Source: Candidatus Bathyarchaeia archaeon
GTDB taxonomy: Archaea > Thermoproteota > Bathyarchaeia > Bathyarchaeales > Bathycorpusculaceae
Assembly: GCA_038883795.1 (NCBI GenBank)
Contig: JAVZLK010000024.1
Coordinates: 1-24,534, forward strand
DNA: 24,534 nt
Direction of reading: 5' to 3'
Positions 8,018 to 17,212 of this stretch are shown piece after piece; positions within the stretch are counted from its first letter, which is position 1; the number at the start of each line of letters is the position of its first letter. The notes below the pieces were generated by a model that saw only the letters and a list, made by a program, of their open reading frames with translations, was not told the DNA's origin and searched no databases. The translations under genes were made by a program, and so were the position numbers.

Positions 8018-8611
8018 TTAAACTTGACTCCTCATTTTTTCATACATTTTCTCAAATGTCCAGCGGATGCTTGATTTGAGCTCCCTCAAACGGTCTTGGT
8101 CCACATGCTCAATAATTATTTCACGAATTATGTCGCCTTCTCTAACAACATGGTAAGAAAAAACCTTGTCGGGCGCCAGTTGCCCAGTTCTGGACAGTTC
8201 ATTGTCTTTTTCCTGCATTTTTGCAAAAACCCTCTCTACAAGAAAAGGCGTAAAAGGCGGAGTGGCCACGTTAAAATTTTTGCCTTCTGCGGGCACAACA
8301 CGCACCAAGTCTCCGCTTGTGTAAAGGTTTGCGAGGACTTCGCCATCTGCAGCCTTTAATGGCGTAACGCTTTCATATTCCATGATAGGCGCCTTTTCGG
8401 TTGGGACCTCTTCTTTTGTCGGTAAAGCCTCTATTTCGGCTGGGGCTTTTGGAATTTCTGCCCGTTTAAACCCTTTTTCGAGTAGTATGGAGTTCACTGC
8501 TTCAAGCATTGTTTGTAATTCTTTAAGTTCATACTCTAAATCCTCAACCCTTTTTTCAAGCTTTTTCTTAAAAGCCACAAGCCTCTTTATTTTTTCAGCT
8601 TCTTCAGACAT
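8018..8611 (-). CDS. conserved hypothetical protein with N-terminal coiled coil
   Basis: 197-aa ORF; heptad-rich N-terminus, acidic/Pro linker, globular C-terminal domain (TPPF..FLVERV, IREIII, W). Confidence 0.8.
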   Translation of the reverse strand: MSEEAEKIKRLVAFKKKLEKRVEDLEYELKELQTMLEAVNSILLEKGFKRAEIPKAPAEIEALPTKEEVPTEKAPIMEYESVTPLKAADGEVLANLYTSGDLVRVVPAEGKNFNVATPPFTPFLVERVFAKMQEKDNELSRTGQLAPDKVFSYHVVREGDIIREIIIEHVDQDRLRELKSSIRWTFEKMYEKMRSQV

Positions 8612-8668
8612 TCTATCTCACAATAATATTTAGCGCTGTTTTCCCTTATCAAACCTTTCAATTCGCAG

Positions 8669-9157
8669 TTAAGCCATCTCCGCAACCGAGCAACTTTCTG
8701 GAGTAAACTCCAAATTTGAAATGGGTTTCAGCTCAACCTTCAACTCGTTTTTTAGAAAACTTTCAAACTCTTGAAAAACAGAACTGTCCGTATTGTTAAG
8801 TTTTCTGCACAAGTTTTTCCCTTCCAATAAGGGACTTAAATCGTAGAGGGCTATTCTCTTGGAGAACTCTGGATTTTCAAATATCGCTTTCATAAGAGTC
8901 TCTGATGGTGTTTCTGAAAAAAGCCAAGCGGTATAATAGGCTTCAACAACTCGATAAGACAAGCCTTCCCTAACAACGCATCTTCTATGAGAAGCTATAT
9001 TTTTAAAGGAGGATGGGTGAACCTCCCTAGTCCAGAGGAAATTGTGATATTTGTGGTCGACCTCCACCCAATCTTCAGTTTCAGAAGTTTTCCAACCATG
9101 AAACCTGCAGAAATCCTTAAACTTTTTAATTATTTCCCAAACTCTAGGCATCTTCAT
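8669..9157 (-). CDS. hypothetical protein, divergent from the Lrp gene
   Basis: Long ORF with natural composition; GTGATGA SD precedes ATG 9157 (or 9151), so the track start at 9214 is probably too long. Confidence 0.75.
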   Translation of the reverse strand: MKMPRVWEIIKKFKDFCRFHGWKTSETEDWVEVDHKYHNFLWTREVHPSSFKNIASHRRCVVREGLSYRVVEAYYTAWLFSETPSETLMKAIFENPEFSKRIALYDLSPLLEGKNLCRKLNNTDSSVFQEFESFLKNELKVELKPISNLEFTPESCSVAEMA

Positions 9158-9427
9158 CTTATCATCACAAACCTTCTGATAGAATCTTCTAGAACAATAT
9201 TGTATTATGCACACATAAATTTAAACTTGTTTGTCAATTTATCTGTAAAAATGTAGGATAAAACATTTATAAATTGAAAATTTGTAGATAAAATCCACCA
9301 TTGCCTACAAGTTTACGGAAGACTCGGAATAAAATTCTGAAGGAAAAATAAGCAAAATTCTACATTTTTCCGACAAAAAACAATAAATTCAAAAACAATC
9401 CATTAATAAGCGAGGCAGAACCGCCCC

Positions 9428-9961
9428 TTGAAATTCAAAAACAACACATTAGCATTAGATACCACAGACTTGAAAATTTTGGAGACTTTGCAAGAAGATG
9501 CAAGACAAACTTACACAGCCATAGGAAAACGCTTAGGCATAGCCCACTCCACAGTTTATGACAGAATAAAAAGGATGGAGCAATACGGAATAATAAAGAA
9601 GTATACGACTATGATAGACGCTGAAAAAACTGGAACAAAAAACATCACAGCCATAATGACCATCTACACAGACCCAAAAGAAAGCGAAAAAGTTGCAGAA
9701 AAACTATGCATGGCACCCCAAGTCCTAGAAGTTTACACATCCCTCTCAGAAGAACTCCAAATAATAGCCAAAGTCATAGCCGAAAACCAGGAAAGCCTCC
9801 ACGCCTTCATCGCCAACTCCATTGCACCACTCAACGGAGTTCTAAGAATCCGCACTTCAATAATTACGAAAAAGTTCAAGGAAACCCAATTTTCAATAGC
9901 TAATGACCCAAAAAAGTTAACACTTATAAAGGAAACACACAAAATAGAGGAAGAGAAATAA
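9428..9961 (+). CDS. Lrp/AsnC family transcriptional regulator
   Basis: LDTTDLKILETLQEDARQTYTAIGKRLGIAHSTVYDRIKRME..GII HTH followed by a RAM domain ending in GVLRIRTSII. Confidence 0.95.
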   Translation: MKFKNNTLALDTTDLKILETLQEDARQTYTAIGKRLGIAHSTVYDRIKRMEQYGIIKKYTTMIDAEKTGTKNITAIMTIYTDPKESEKVAEKLCMAPQVLEVYTSLSEELQIIAKVIAENQESLHAFIANSIAPLNGVLRIRTSIITKKFKETQFSIANDPKKLTLIKETHKIEEEK

Positions 9962-9962
9962 A

Positions 9963-10292
9963 ATGAATATAGAAAACGCTACAAAAATTTTACGAACAGT
10001 ACCCCGAGAAAAAGCCTTCTACTTCTTCACCTCAATAGGAAATTATACAGGCGAAAGCGCCGCATCCCTAAAAGAATTCATGGAAAAAATAAACCAAGTA
10101 AACATAAAATCCTTGGAATTTCACCTATACCGCGGAGACTTTGAAAAATGGGTGGGAGAAGTTTTAGAAGATAGAGATTTGGCGGCGGAAATTAAAGGTC
10201 TTCGAGATTTGAAATACTCTGGGGATATGCTTAAGGAACATCTTTACAACATAGTTGCTAAACATTATGAAAAAATGAGTGAAGCCTCTTAG
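9963..10292 (+). CDS. DUF5752-like protein
   Basis: AFYF, A.SLKEF...I..V...SLEFHL.RGDFEKWV..VL.D.DLA pattern; starts 1 nt after the Lrp stop. Confidence 0.8.
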   Translation: MNIENATKILRTVPREKAFYFFTSIGNYTGESAASLKEFMEKINQVNIKSLEFHLYRGDFEKWVGEVLEDRDLAAEIKGLRDLKYSGDMLKEHLYNIVAKHYEKMSEAS

Positions 10293-11157
10293 TTGGCGTA
10301 TCTTCTTTATTAATGAATATAAGCCGTAAATTCCTAAAATAACTAGGTACGTTATGTATTTTAACACTTTTTGAACTTAAAATGACTTCCCAGACTTCCT
10401 TATTTCCTACTTCTTTAGGAAAATAGTCAAGTTTTCCCTCGTATTCATGGAAAATAGTGTTACATTGACCTACAGCGTATTCAATTGTCTTATTCTTTAT
10501 GAACAATAATTCTAAAAGCTCAAGTGTTATTTTGTCTGAATCTGTTATACTAACATTTCCAGTCCATCCGACATATAATTTTGCACCTTTATTTATGAAA
10601 GCTTGCGCCATAGTCGGATATTTGAGGCTCCCACATCCCATCGCAATAATTATGCTTCTGGGAAAATTGCCATCCATGACTTCGACAAAACCAGGACCCA
10701 CAGCGAAATACTCTTTTAATTCCCATGGGTACCAGGCGATGCTTAAACGTTCACCATATTCTTCATATTTTCCTTCAATATAGGGTTCAGAAGTAAAAAA
10801 GTCCACAAGTTGAGTATTGTTTCTTACAGCAGAATGAACTCTAAAGATAATTATGCCAGGATTGGATTTGGGAAGATTTTTATAAAAATTTACAGTAACT
10901 TCCGCGCTTCTGTTTTGCATAACTGTAAAATTGTATCGCTGTAAAATTTCGGTTACATTTTCTATGAAAATTTGATTTGGCACATGCTTTTCCAATTGGT
11001 CCACTATGATCGCCTTAAAAGAAAAGGAGGTTTCAAAATTTTGAAAAAGAAAAAAAATCGAAATAATTAAAATTGTAAGAATCAATATGACGCCAATCAA
11101 TTTTTTATTAAGAACTCTTTCTTGATCCCTATATTTTTGTTCCTTTCTTTTTTTCAT
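10258..11157 (-). CDS. membrane-anchored exported hypothetical protein (alpha/beta domain)
   Basis: Basic N-terminus then a TM helix; IIIFRVHS and IAMGCGSL...AQAFINKGAKLYVGWTG motifs; several NxS/T sequons. Confidence 0.8.
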   Translation of the reverse strand: MKKRKEQKYRDQERVLNKKLIGVILILTILIISIFFLFQNFETSFSFKAIIVDQLEKHVPNQIFIENVTEILQRYNFTVMQNRSAEVTVNFYKNLPKSNPGIIIFRVHSAVRNNTQLVDFFTSEPYIEGKYEEYGERLSIAWYPWELKEYFAVGPGFVEVMDGNFPRSIIIAMGCGSLKYPTMAQAFINKGAKLYVGWTGNVSITDSDKITLELLELLFIKNKTIEYAVGQCNTIFHEYEGKLDYFPKEVGNKEVWEVILSSKSVKIHNVPSYFRNLRLIFINKEDTPTKRLHSFFHNV

Positions 11158-11211
11158 AAAACATGCTCCACAATGAAATATTTAATTGAATTTAAAAAGA
11201 GCGAGATGTAC

Positions 11212-14200
11212 CTATTTTCTTTTGCGTTTTGTTAGGCTTAATATCGCCCCAAATAGGACGATTAATGCCGTGTAAACGATTGTTTGGAACATTAATGGAG
11301 AGGTTTCTTTTGCCAAAGAGATAGCGTATCCGCCGACAGGAACAGAAGAAACAACTATTCTTGCAGTTCCAGACTGGGCTATATTGTTGTTGGCGTCTGT
11401 AACATTCAAATACACATAGTATACGCCTGTGGCTGTAGGCGTGAAAATCCAACTGGTTCCATTTGCGCCTGAAACTGGATTGCCGTTTAAGTACCATTGA
11501 TACTTGTATGGCGTTGTTCCACCCGTGACTGAAGATGTGAATTGCACTGATTGTCCAAGAATTATGGAGGCGGACATTGGACTTATAGAAACAGACAACG
11601 GAGGAGGTGGAGCCAATGCGAAGAAGGCTTTCAAAACATAATTATTATTCATTGTAACAGAGTATGGGTTGGCCGAGCCTACATTTGTGCCATTGAGTTC
11701 CCAATGGTCAAAAACATAGCCTGAACTTGGAACTGCCGTAACAGAAACAACCGAACCAGCATTATAAGTGTATGTGCCGGGAGAGGGGTTCGTTGTACCG
11801 CCGGCGGTTGTCTCGATTTTAAGCGTATAAGTTATCAAAACGAAAACTGCATGAAGCGTGTGATTGCTGCCTACATAAACGGTTACAGGGTTTGCAGAGC
11901 CAATGTTAGCATCATCGTAAACCCAATGGTCAAAACGATAATTGGTGTATGGAATGGCTGTGACAGTAACGTATGTTGGAACATCATAAGTGTAGGTTCC
12001 AGGCACAGGGTCCGTAGTACCGCCTTCAGAAACTGTTATCCTTAAAGTATGGGTTTCAGCGAAAACTGCTTGCAAGGTGTGGTCGTCTGTCATTAGAATG
12101 CTGATGGGATTAGCTGAACCAGCTGGGTTACCGTCTAAAAGCCAATGGTCAAAGCGATAATGCGTGTTTGGAATGGCTGTTACAGAAGCATATGTGCCAT
12201 TAGTATAAGTGTATGTTCCAGGCGGTGGGTTAGTGGTTCCGCCCGTAGAGCTCAAAATTGTTAGTCTATATGTTAGAAGTGCGAAAACAGCATGCAAGGT
12301 ATAGTTTTTATCCATTAATATTGTTATTGGGTTATTTGTTACATTGTTGCCGTTAAGCTCCCATCTAACAAACTTGTAGTTCAAGTCTGGAATTGCTAAT
12401 ACCTCAACCATAGTGCCAGAAGCATAAACATGGGTGCCGGGGGAGGGGTTGGTGGTGCCGCCACTTGTTGTCGTTATTGTAAGCGTATAATTGATTATGG
12501 CGAAAACAGCATGCAAAGTGTGATCTCTGTCCATTAGAACATTAATTGGGTTGATTGAGCCGGCTGGAGAACCATCCAAAACCCAATGGTCAAACATGTA
12601 ATTAGCCGAGGGAAGGGCGGTCACAGTAGCATATGTACCATTCTCGTACACGTAATTTCCAGGTGCGGGATTGGTGGTTCCTCCAGCTGTTGCGGTTATA
12701 GTTAATGTGCGGGTAACAACTGCGAAAAATGCCTTTAAAGTGTGGTTTTTATCCATTAAAACTGTTGTTGGATTATTAGTGCCATAATAGACTCCATCTA
12801 GTTCCCAATATGCAAAGTTGTAGTTTACATCTGGAATGGCAGTAACCTGAACATTTGTTCCCTCAACATAAGTATATGTTCCCGGTGCTGGGCTAGTTGT
12901 TCCACCCGTTGTTGTTATGATTGTAAGAGTGTAAGTTTTGGGGTTAACAGTAACTTCAGCTTCATTTGACAAAGCGACTGCAGATGCTCCATCCGTTACC
13001 TTCAAACAAACAAGGTAATATCCCGTGGAAGTTGGAGTGAAATTCCAAGATGGATCGTTAGCTCCGCCCACTGCCGTCTCATTAAGATACCACTGATAAC
13101 TATAGGGCAGTGTGCCGCCAGAAACGGTTGATGTAAAGTTTACTGATTCACCTAATACGATAACGCTTGAAATGGGCTGGATTAAAACTGAAAGGGCTGG
13201 ATTAACAGTAACTTCGGCAACATTTGATTTCGCCTCACTGCCAACGTTATCTGTAACATTTAAATGAACCAAATAATAGCCAGTTGCTGAAGGCGTGAAA
13301 ATCCAGCTGCTCTGGTTGGCGCCGTTCACAGCGCTTCCGTTAAGGTACCATTGATAACCGTAAGGCGGGGTGCCGCCAGAAACCATGGAATTAAAGGTTA
13401 CGTATTGTCCTAAATCGATAATGGCTGATGTGGGGGTTATGGAAACTGTGAGGGGTTGAGCAGCTTGATAAAGAACTGTTGAATCCTCAGAGTTTGGAGA
13501 ATATGCAACCTCAGTCCAGGAACATGGCGTTCTGTTGGCTACGGAGCCATAAGCGTCAAAATGCATCCTTGCACCAGTAGCATCAGAAAAGGTTACAGAA
13601 ACAGTAAGGGTCACGGTGCCTTTAGGCGAAATTGTTCCAACGTTAATATATGTGTCATTAAACCATGTTGGATAAACACAGTTTGGCCAATATCCTTTGC
13701 CGTACGGGTTTGGTTTACCATTTTTGAAGGCGGATTTTGGTATGGAGGTCCCATTTATTGTTAAGGTTTGAAGATTGTTGTAGGCAGCATCGTTAAGGGC
13801 AACTATCAAATGCGTATCATAAGATTTTAAGTATTTACTGGTATTATTAATCTTCAACATAAAGCTCCAAGAATTACCCGTTCTATTTAGAAGCCAACCC
13901 TCATCTATCCATGGGTCACCAGTATTCTGCTTAACATAAACGCCTTCAGGAAGATAAACCCTCAAAATAGCTGGGTCAACAACTTCCACAATCTGCGAAT
14001 ACAAACCACTCAAACCGCTGTCATCCGTAACCGTTAACGTAACAGTGTAATTAGCATATGTTAAGAACTCATGGTCAATTATGGGCGACGTAACCGTGGT
14101 TACGTTTCCATCACCAAAGTCCCATGTATAACTTACAATCGACCCGTCGGGATCATAACTTCCAGAAGCATCAAAAATAACAGTCTCATTTGCCACGGGA

Positions 14201-14865
14201 TAGGTGGGCGAATAGGTGAACAAAGCCGTTGGAGGAGTATCCTCATAAACCACCTCTAAATATGGATCCTGCCCCGTTCCACTATATTCTTTGCTTGCAA
14301 AATATCTGGCATAGTTAGGATTATTCTGCGAAGGATCATCCAAAAGCAGCTTCACAACAACGCTTAAAATCTTATCACCAGAATACTGCGCTTGACCATA
14401 AGGCGTAATATCCCAACAATAATATTTGCCAGTTCCACCAACAGAGACGCTAGTAATATAAGCGCCAACGGCAGGCGCATTATTCCAAGTTATAGTCGAT
14501 TCACTCCAATCATCGCCAGTTTCATGCACATAAATCTCAACACTGGGATTAGCATCAACGTAAGTACAATACAAATAAAGCTTAACAGAAACCAACGACT
14601 TGCCATTAGGGATGGAAGTTAAATCAAACTTCAAATAACTCCGCCTAGTCCTAGAATCAGACCTAACCCGCAAACTCGTATCACTACCATGATTATCATT
14701 AGGATACTCAGCCTCAACCCAAGAATCCCCAACAGGAAACAAAACACTAGCCTGCTGCCCTGCCCCACTCAAAAACACGAACTGCGGAAAAACCAATAGA
14801 AACACCAATATAATAACTGCTAAAGAGCAAAGTCTGCGCAACTGCTCCCTCTCCCTCGGCACCAA
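11212..14865 (-). CDS. 1217-aa multidomain surface protein: DNRLRE/CBM96-like domain, PKD, choice-of-anchor-like domain, 3 PKD-like domains, 6 InlB-B-type repeats, C-terminal PVGG-TM-basic tail
   Basis: Signal peptide; DSWV..YPNDNHG..LRV..RRSYLKFDL..WSESTITWNNAP; FDASGSYDPDGSIVSYTWDFGDG; GGTxPYxYQWYLN three times; GGTTxPxPG six times; VPVGG...TM...KRKRK. Confidence 0.9.
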   Translation of the reverse strand: MVPREREQLRRLCSLAVIILVFLLVFPQFVFLSGAGQQASVLFPVGDSWVEAEYPNDNHGSDTSLRVRSDSRTRRSYLKFDLTSIPNGKSLVSVKLYLYCTYVDANPSVEIYVHETGDDWSESTITWNNAPAVGAYITSVSVGGTGKYYCWDITPYGQAQYSGDKILSVVVKLLLDDPSQNNPNYARYFASKEYSGTGQDPYLEVVYEDTPPTALFTYSPTYPVANETVIFDASGSYDPDGSIVSYTWDFGDGNVTTVTSPIIDHEFLTYANYTVTLTVTDDSGLSGLYSQIVEVVDPAILRVYLPEGVYVKQNTGDPWIDEGWLLNRTGNSWSFMLKINNTSKYLKSYDTHLIVALNDAAYNNLQTLTINGTSIPKSAFKNGKPNPYGKGYWPNCVYPTWFNDTYINVGTISPKGTVTLTVSVTFSDATGARMHFDAYGSVANRTPCSWTEVAYSPNSEDSTVLYQAAQPLTVSITPTSAIIDLGQYVTFNSMVSGGTPPYGYQWYLNGSAVNGANQSSWIFTPSATGYYLVHLNVTDNVGSEAKSNVAEVTVNPALSVLIQPISSVIVLGESVNFTSTVSGGTLPYSYQWYLNETAVGGANDPSWNFTPTSTGYYLVCLKVTDGASAVALSNEAEVTVNPKTYTLTIITTTGGTTSPAPGTYTYVEGTNVQVTAIPDVNYNFAYWELDGVYYGTNNPTTVLMDKNHTLKAFFAVVTRTLTITATAGGTTNPAPGNYVYENGTYATVTALPSANYMFDHWVLDGSPAGSINPINVLMDRDHTLHAVFAIINYTLTITTTSGGTTNPSPGTHVYASGTMVEVLAIPDLNYKFVRWELNGNNVTNNPITILMDKNYTLHAVFALLTYRLTILSSTGGTTNPPPGTYTYTNGTYASVTAIPNTHYRFDHWLLDGNPAGSANPISILMTDDHTLQAVFAETHTLRITVSEGGTTDPVPGTYTYDVPTYVTVTAIPYTNYRFDHWVYDDANIGSANPVTVYVGSNHTLHAVFVLITYTLKIETTAGGTTNPSPGTYTYNAGSVVSVTAVPSSGYVFDHWELNGTNVGSANPYSVTMNNNYVLKAFFALAPPPPLSVSISPMSASIILGQSVQFTSSVTGGTTPYKYQWYLNGNPVSGANGTSWIFTPTATGVYYVYLNVTDANNNIAQSGTARIVVSSVPVGGYAISLAKETSPLMFQTIVYTALIVLFGAILSLTKRKRK
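11620..12936 (-). repeat. six tandem ~73-aa InlB B-repeat-like (LTI...GGTTxPxPGxY...Y.FDHW...HTL.A.F) units
   Basis: Directly visible in the translation; boundaries are approximate. Confidence 0.85.
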
Positions 14866-15004
14866 TATTATTGATTTAAAACTTTTTAAGGCTTCTGGAA
14901 TTAACTTCTATACAATTGTGTTTTGTTCTTTAATTATGAAAAGTGCCATAATTTCAATTAAATTTGATGAAATATAATGTTTTGAATATAACTAAACGAA
15001 AGAG

Positions 15005-15019
15005 AAAATAAAAAGGGGG
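15005..15019 (-). terminator. C-rich/oligo-T terminator candidate after 15030..17063
   Basis: Minus strand CCCCCTTTTTATTTT about 10 nt after the stop. Confidence 0.55.
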
Positions 15020-15029
15020 AAGAGAAAGT

Positions 15030-17063
15030 TTAATACTGGCTTATTCTACAAAGAAATTCTTTGCGTCCTTTTCGTAAGACTAAAACCATAGAGGCAATGG
15101 TCAATGTAGCAGTCATGAATATTAAGATGATTTTTGACGGTATTTCTGGTATCACCCATGTGCCAATAATGTAGACACTCTTTGTACTGAAATTGAAATT
15201 GAATGTTAATATGGTATGGGTACTATTAGATTGAACTGTTGGAATCACAGGTAGACCTCCAACTATTATAAGCCAGTCTGAATCAGTTGCGTTTAGTAGA
15301 TCTTTTGGTATTGTTATGTTAACGAAGCCCGTAGTCCCGCTAACGCCTGTAACGTTAAATGCTAGCAATCGATGTGCACGATCAAACACTAGTGGATATG
15401 GGTCAATAATACCGTTGCTGACTGTTTGGATGAAATATGTTCCCTCTGTTATAGTGATTTCATGAATTAGAGTTTCATATGGAAAGTCGTAAGTTCCTGA
15501 TTCTACATCGTGAAGTATATTAACCATTCCAAAGCCTTCAGCCGTGCCGTTATATAATAATGTTGTGTTATAAAGAGAGAGCGGGCAAGAACCTATGTTG
15601 AGTTTGGTTTTGAAGGTTAATGTTGCCAGAGTTCCTGTTCCAGAGGGATACTCAGTTATCGATACAAGCGACATGTTTACCTTGACATATGCTTCCTCAC
15701 TGGTTACATTCTCATAGGTGAAGACAGTTGCGCCAAATGATTTAAGGAACGAACCTTCCTCCACGTTAACCAATTGCAAAAGATCGCTGTCATATCCTAG
15801 TTTGAATTCAGCGTCAGTTAGTTTCCATCCTACGTCAAGGTTGCTGATATCCACGTTCACTTCAAAGGTTTCATCTCGCATTTTTGCAGTATAAACGCTT
15901 GGCTCCACGCTAAGCAATGGTTTAGGTAATGGGGCATAAGTATACATACAGTGGTGGGCTTCTGCATATGGGATCCACTCACCAAACTTGTCCAAGAAGA
16001 ACTGGTCGAATATTGGTAATATCGATATGTTAAACGCAACAGCTTCGTGCTTCAATGCTCTAAATGTTAGCGTTGCTATTACTCCCTCTCCGTCTGGATA
16101 TTCTGGTAAATCATATTCCCCGGTTGTAACGTTTGGAAGAATAAAGTCTACCATGGAGACTCTAGCTTCGTTCATAGGCCATCCCGTCACATTAACATCA
16201 ACACGCCAATAGAAGAGTGTGCCGTGAACTGCCCATCGCGAGTCTTTTAAAAATGGTCCTTCAGTAGCATCAATTACTTCGAGGTATGTGGCATTGTAGG
16301 CTACCCAAAATTGAGCCCCAATTAAGGCTTGACTTGCTGTAGCATTTTTAAGGACTATATCTACTTTGAATGGTTCAAATGTTCCAGCAGTGTATTCGCT
16401 GGGCGAAGCTTCAAGCCATGGGAGTGTTGGTGGTGAACCATAGTTCACCTCATAGTATCCATCTTCCTTGGTTGCTGAAATCTCGCTGCCTGTTGAATTT
16501 AGTGCATAGGTATTTGGGTTATCAATAATTAAGTCGCATGAAAATTTCCCAGGCTCTGTGGGCACCGCTAAAACATTAAACTCTACTATTGCTAGTTTTC
16601 CTGTGCCGCTGAATCCTTGTCCTGGTGACGGAGCAGGAAATCTGTTTGTTCCTACTGTGATTTTGCCTTCGTTGGGGGGTGTGTGGAAGTAGGTTGTGAG
16701 ATAGTAGCCTCCGTCTGGGTGGGGCTGGTCTGAAGGAGCCGCCATGGTGGTTTTTCCGTAGAAGACGTATTGGTTGTCCCATGTGGGCTCAAACCAGCGA
16801 GTAGCATTTATTATGCTATCGTTGAAGGTCATTTGAACCTGCCAAGCAGCAAGATCAGTAACATCTTGAATCCAAAACGTTATGTTAAACAAATACCCTA
16901 CAGAGACGGAGTCTGTGTAAAGGATAATTTCACTCGGATCCATGTAGATCTTCGTTGATTCTGGTGATTGCGTTATCTGAAATTGACATTTTATGCTTGG
17001 AACAGTGACTGCTATTGCTAACGATAGTGCTAACATAATAGACAGCAGTAATTTAGCTTTCAA
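15030..17063 (-). CDS. membrane-anchored trivalent cohesin protein (3 cohesin-like domains + spacer domain + PEF-CTERM-like IPEIP anchor)
   Basis: Signal peptide; three domains with cohesin pattern (F.V.I...L.A.Q....Y/FN..L...V.EG.FL ... G.G.LATLTF ... DGYY); VIPEIP-TM-RKGRK tail; AGGTGG SD before TTG. Confidence 0.85.
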   Translation of the reverse strand: MKAKLLLSIMLALSLAIAVTVPSIKCQFQITQSPESTKIYMDPSEIILYTDSVSVGYLFNITFWIQDVTDLAAWQVQMTFNDSIINATRWFEPTWDNQYVFYGKTTMAAPSDQPHPDGGYYLTTYFHTPPNEGKITVGTNRFPAPSPGQGFSGTGKLAIVEFNVLAVPTEPGKFSCDLIIDNPNTYALNSTGSEISATKEDGYYEVNYGSPPTLPWLEASPSEYTAGTFEPFKVDIVLKNATASQALIGAQFWVAYNATYLEVIDATEGPFLKDSRWAVHGTLFYWRVDVNVTGWPMNEARVSMVDFILPNVTTGEYDLPEYPDGEGVIATLTFRALKHEAVAFNISILPIFDQFFLDKFGEWIPYAEAHHCMYTYAPLPKPLLSVEPSVYTAKMRDETFEVNVDISNLDVGWKLTDAEFKLGYDSDLLQLVNVEEGSFLKSFGATVFTYENVTSEEAYVKVNMSLVSITEYPSGTGTLATLTFKTKLNIGSCPLSLYNTTLLYNGTAEGFGMVNILHDVESGTYDFPYETLIHEITITEGTYFIQTVSNGIIDPYPLVFDRAHRLLAFNVTGVSGTTGFVNITIPKDLLNATDSDWLIIVGGLPVIPTVQSNSTHTILTFNFNFSTKSVYIIGTWVIPEIPSKIILIFMTATLTIASMVLVLRKGRKEFLCRISQY
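16587..16862. repeat. dispersed repeat copy A (cohesin-coding core), about 94% identical to 20793-21068
   Basis: Hand alignment at offset 4206: identical blocks of 40, 98, 74 and 32 bp; 16 mismatches in 276 bp. Confidence 0.95.
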
Positions 17064-17212
17064 GATTCCACCTAAAACGTAGATACAGCAGATATTATAT
17101 TTGAAATTTACTGTTGATGTAATTGTATTCTAGAACTTAATTATAGATAAATAAACCAAATCCAAGGGTATGAGAGCCTTCCGTTAATATTCGAGAGAAA
17201 GAAACTATAATT

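Noticed and set aside
10258-10292. 35-bp convergent overlap of two 3' ends
   Set aside because: Common in compact archaeal genomes; probably a drifted stop codon.
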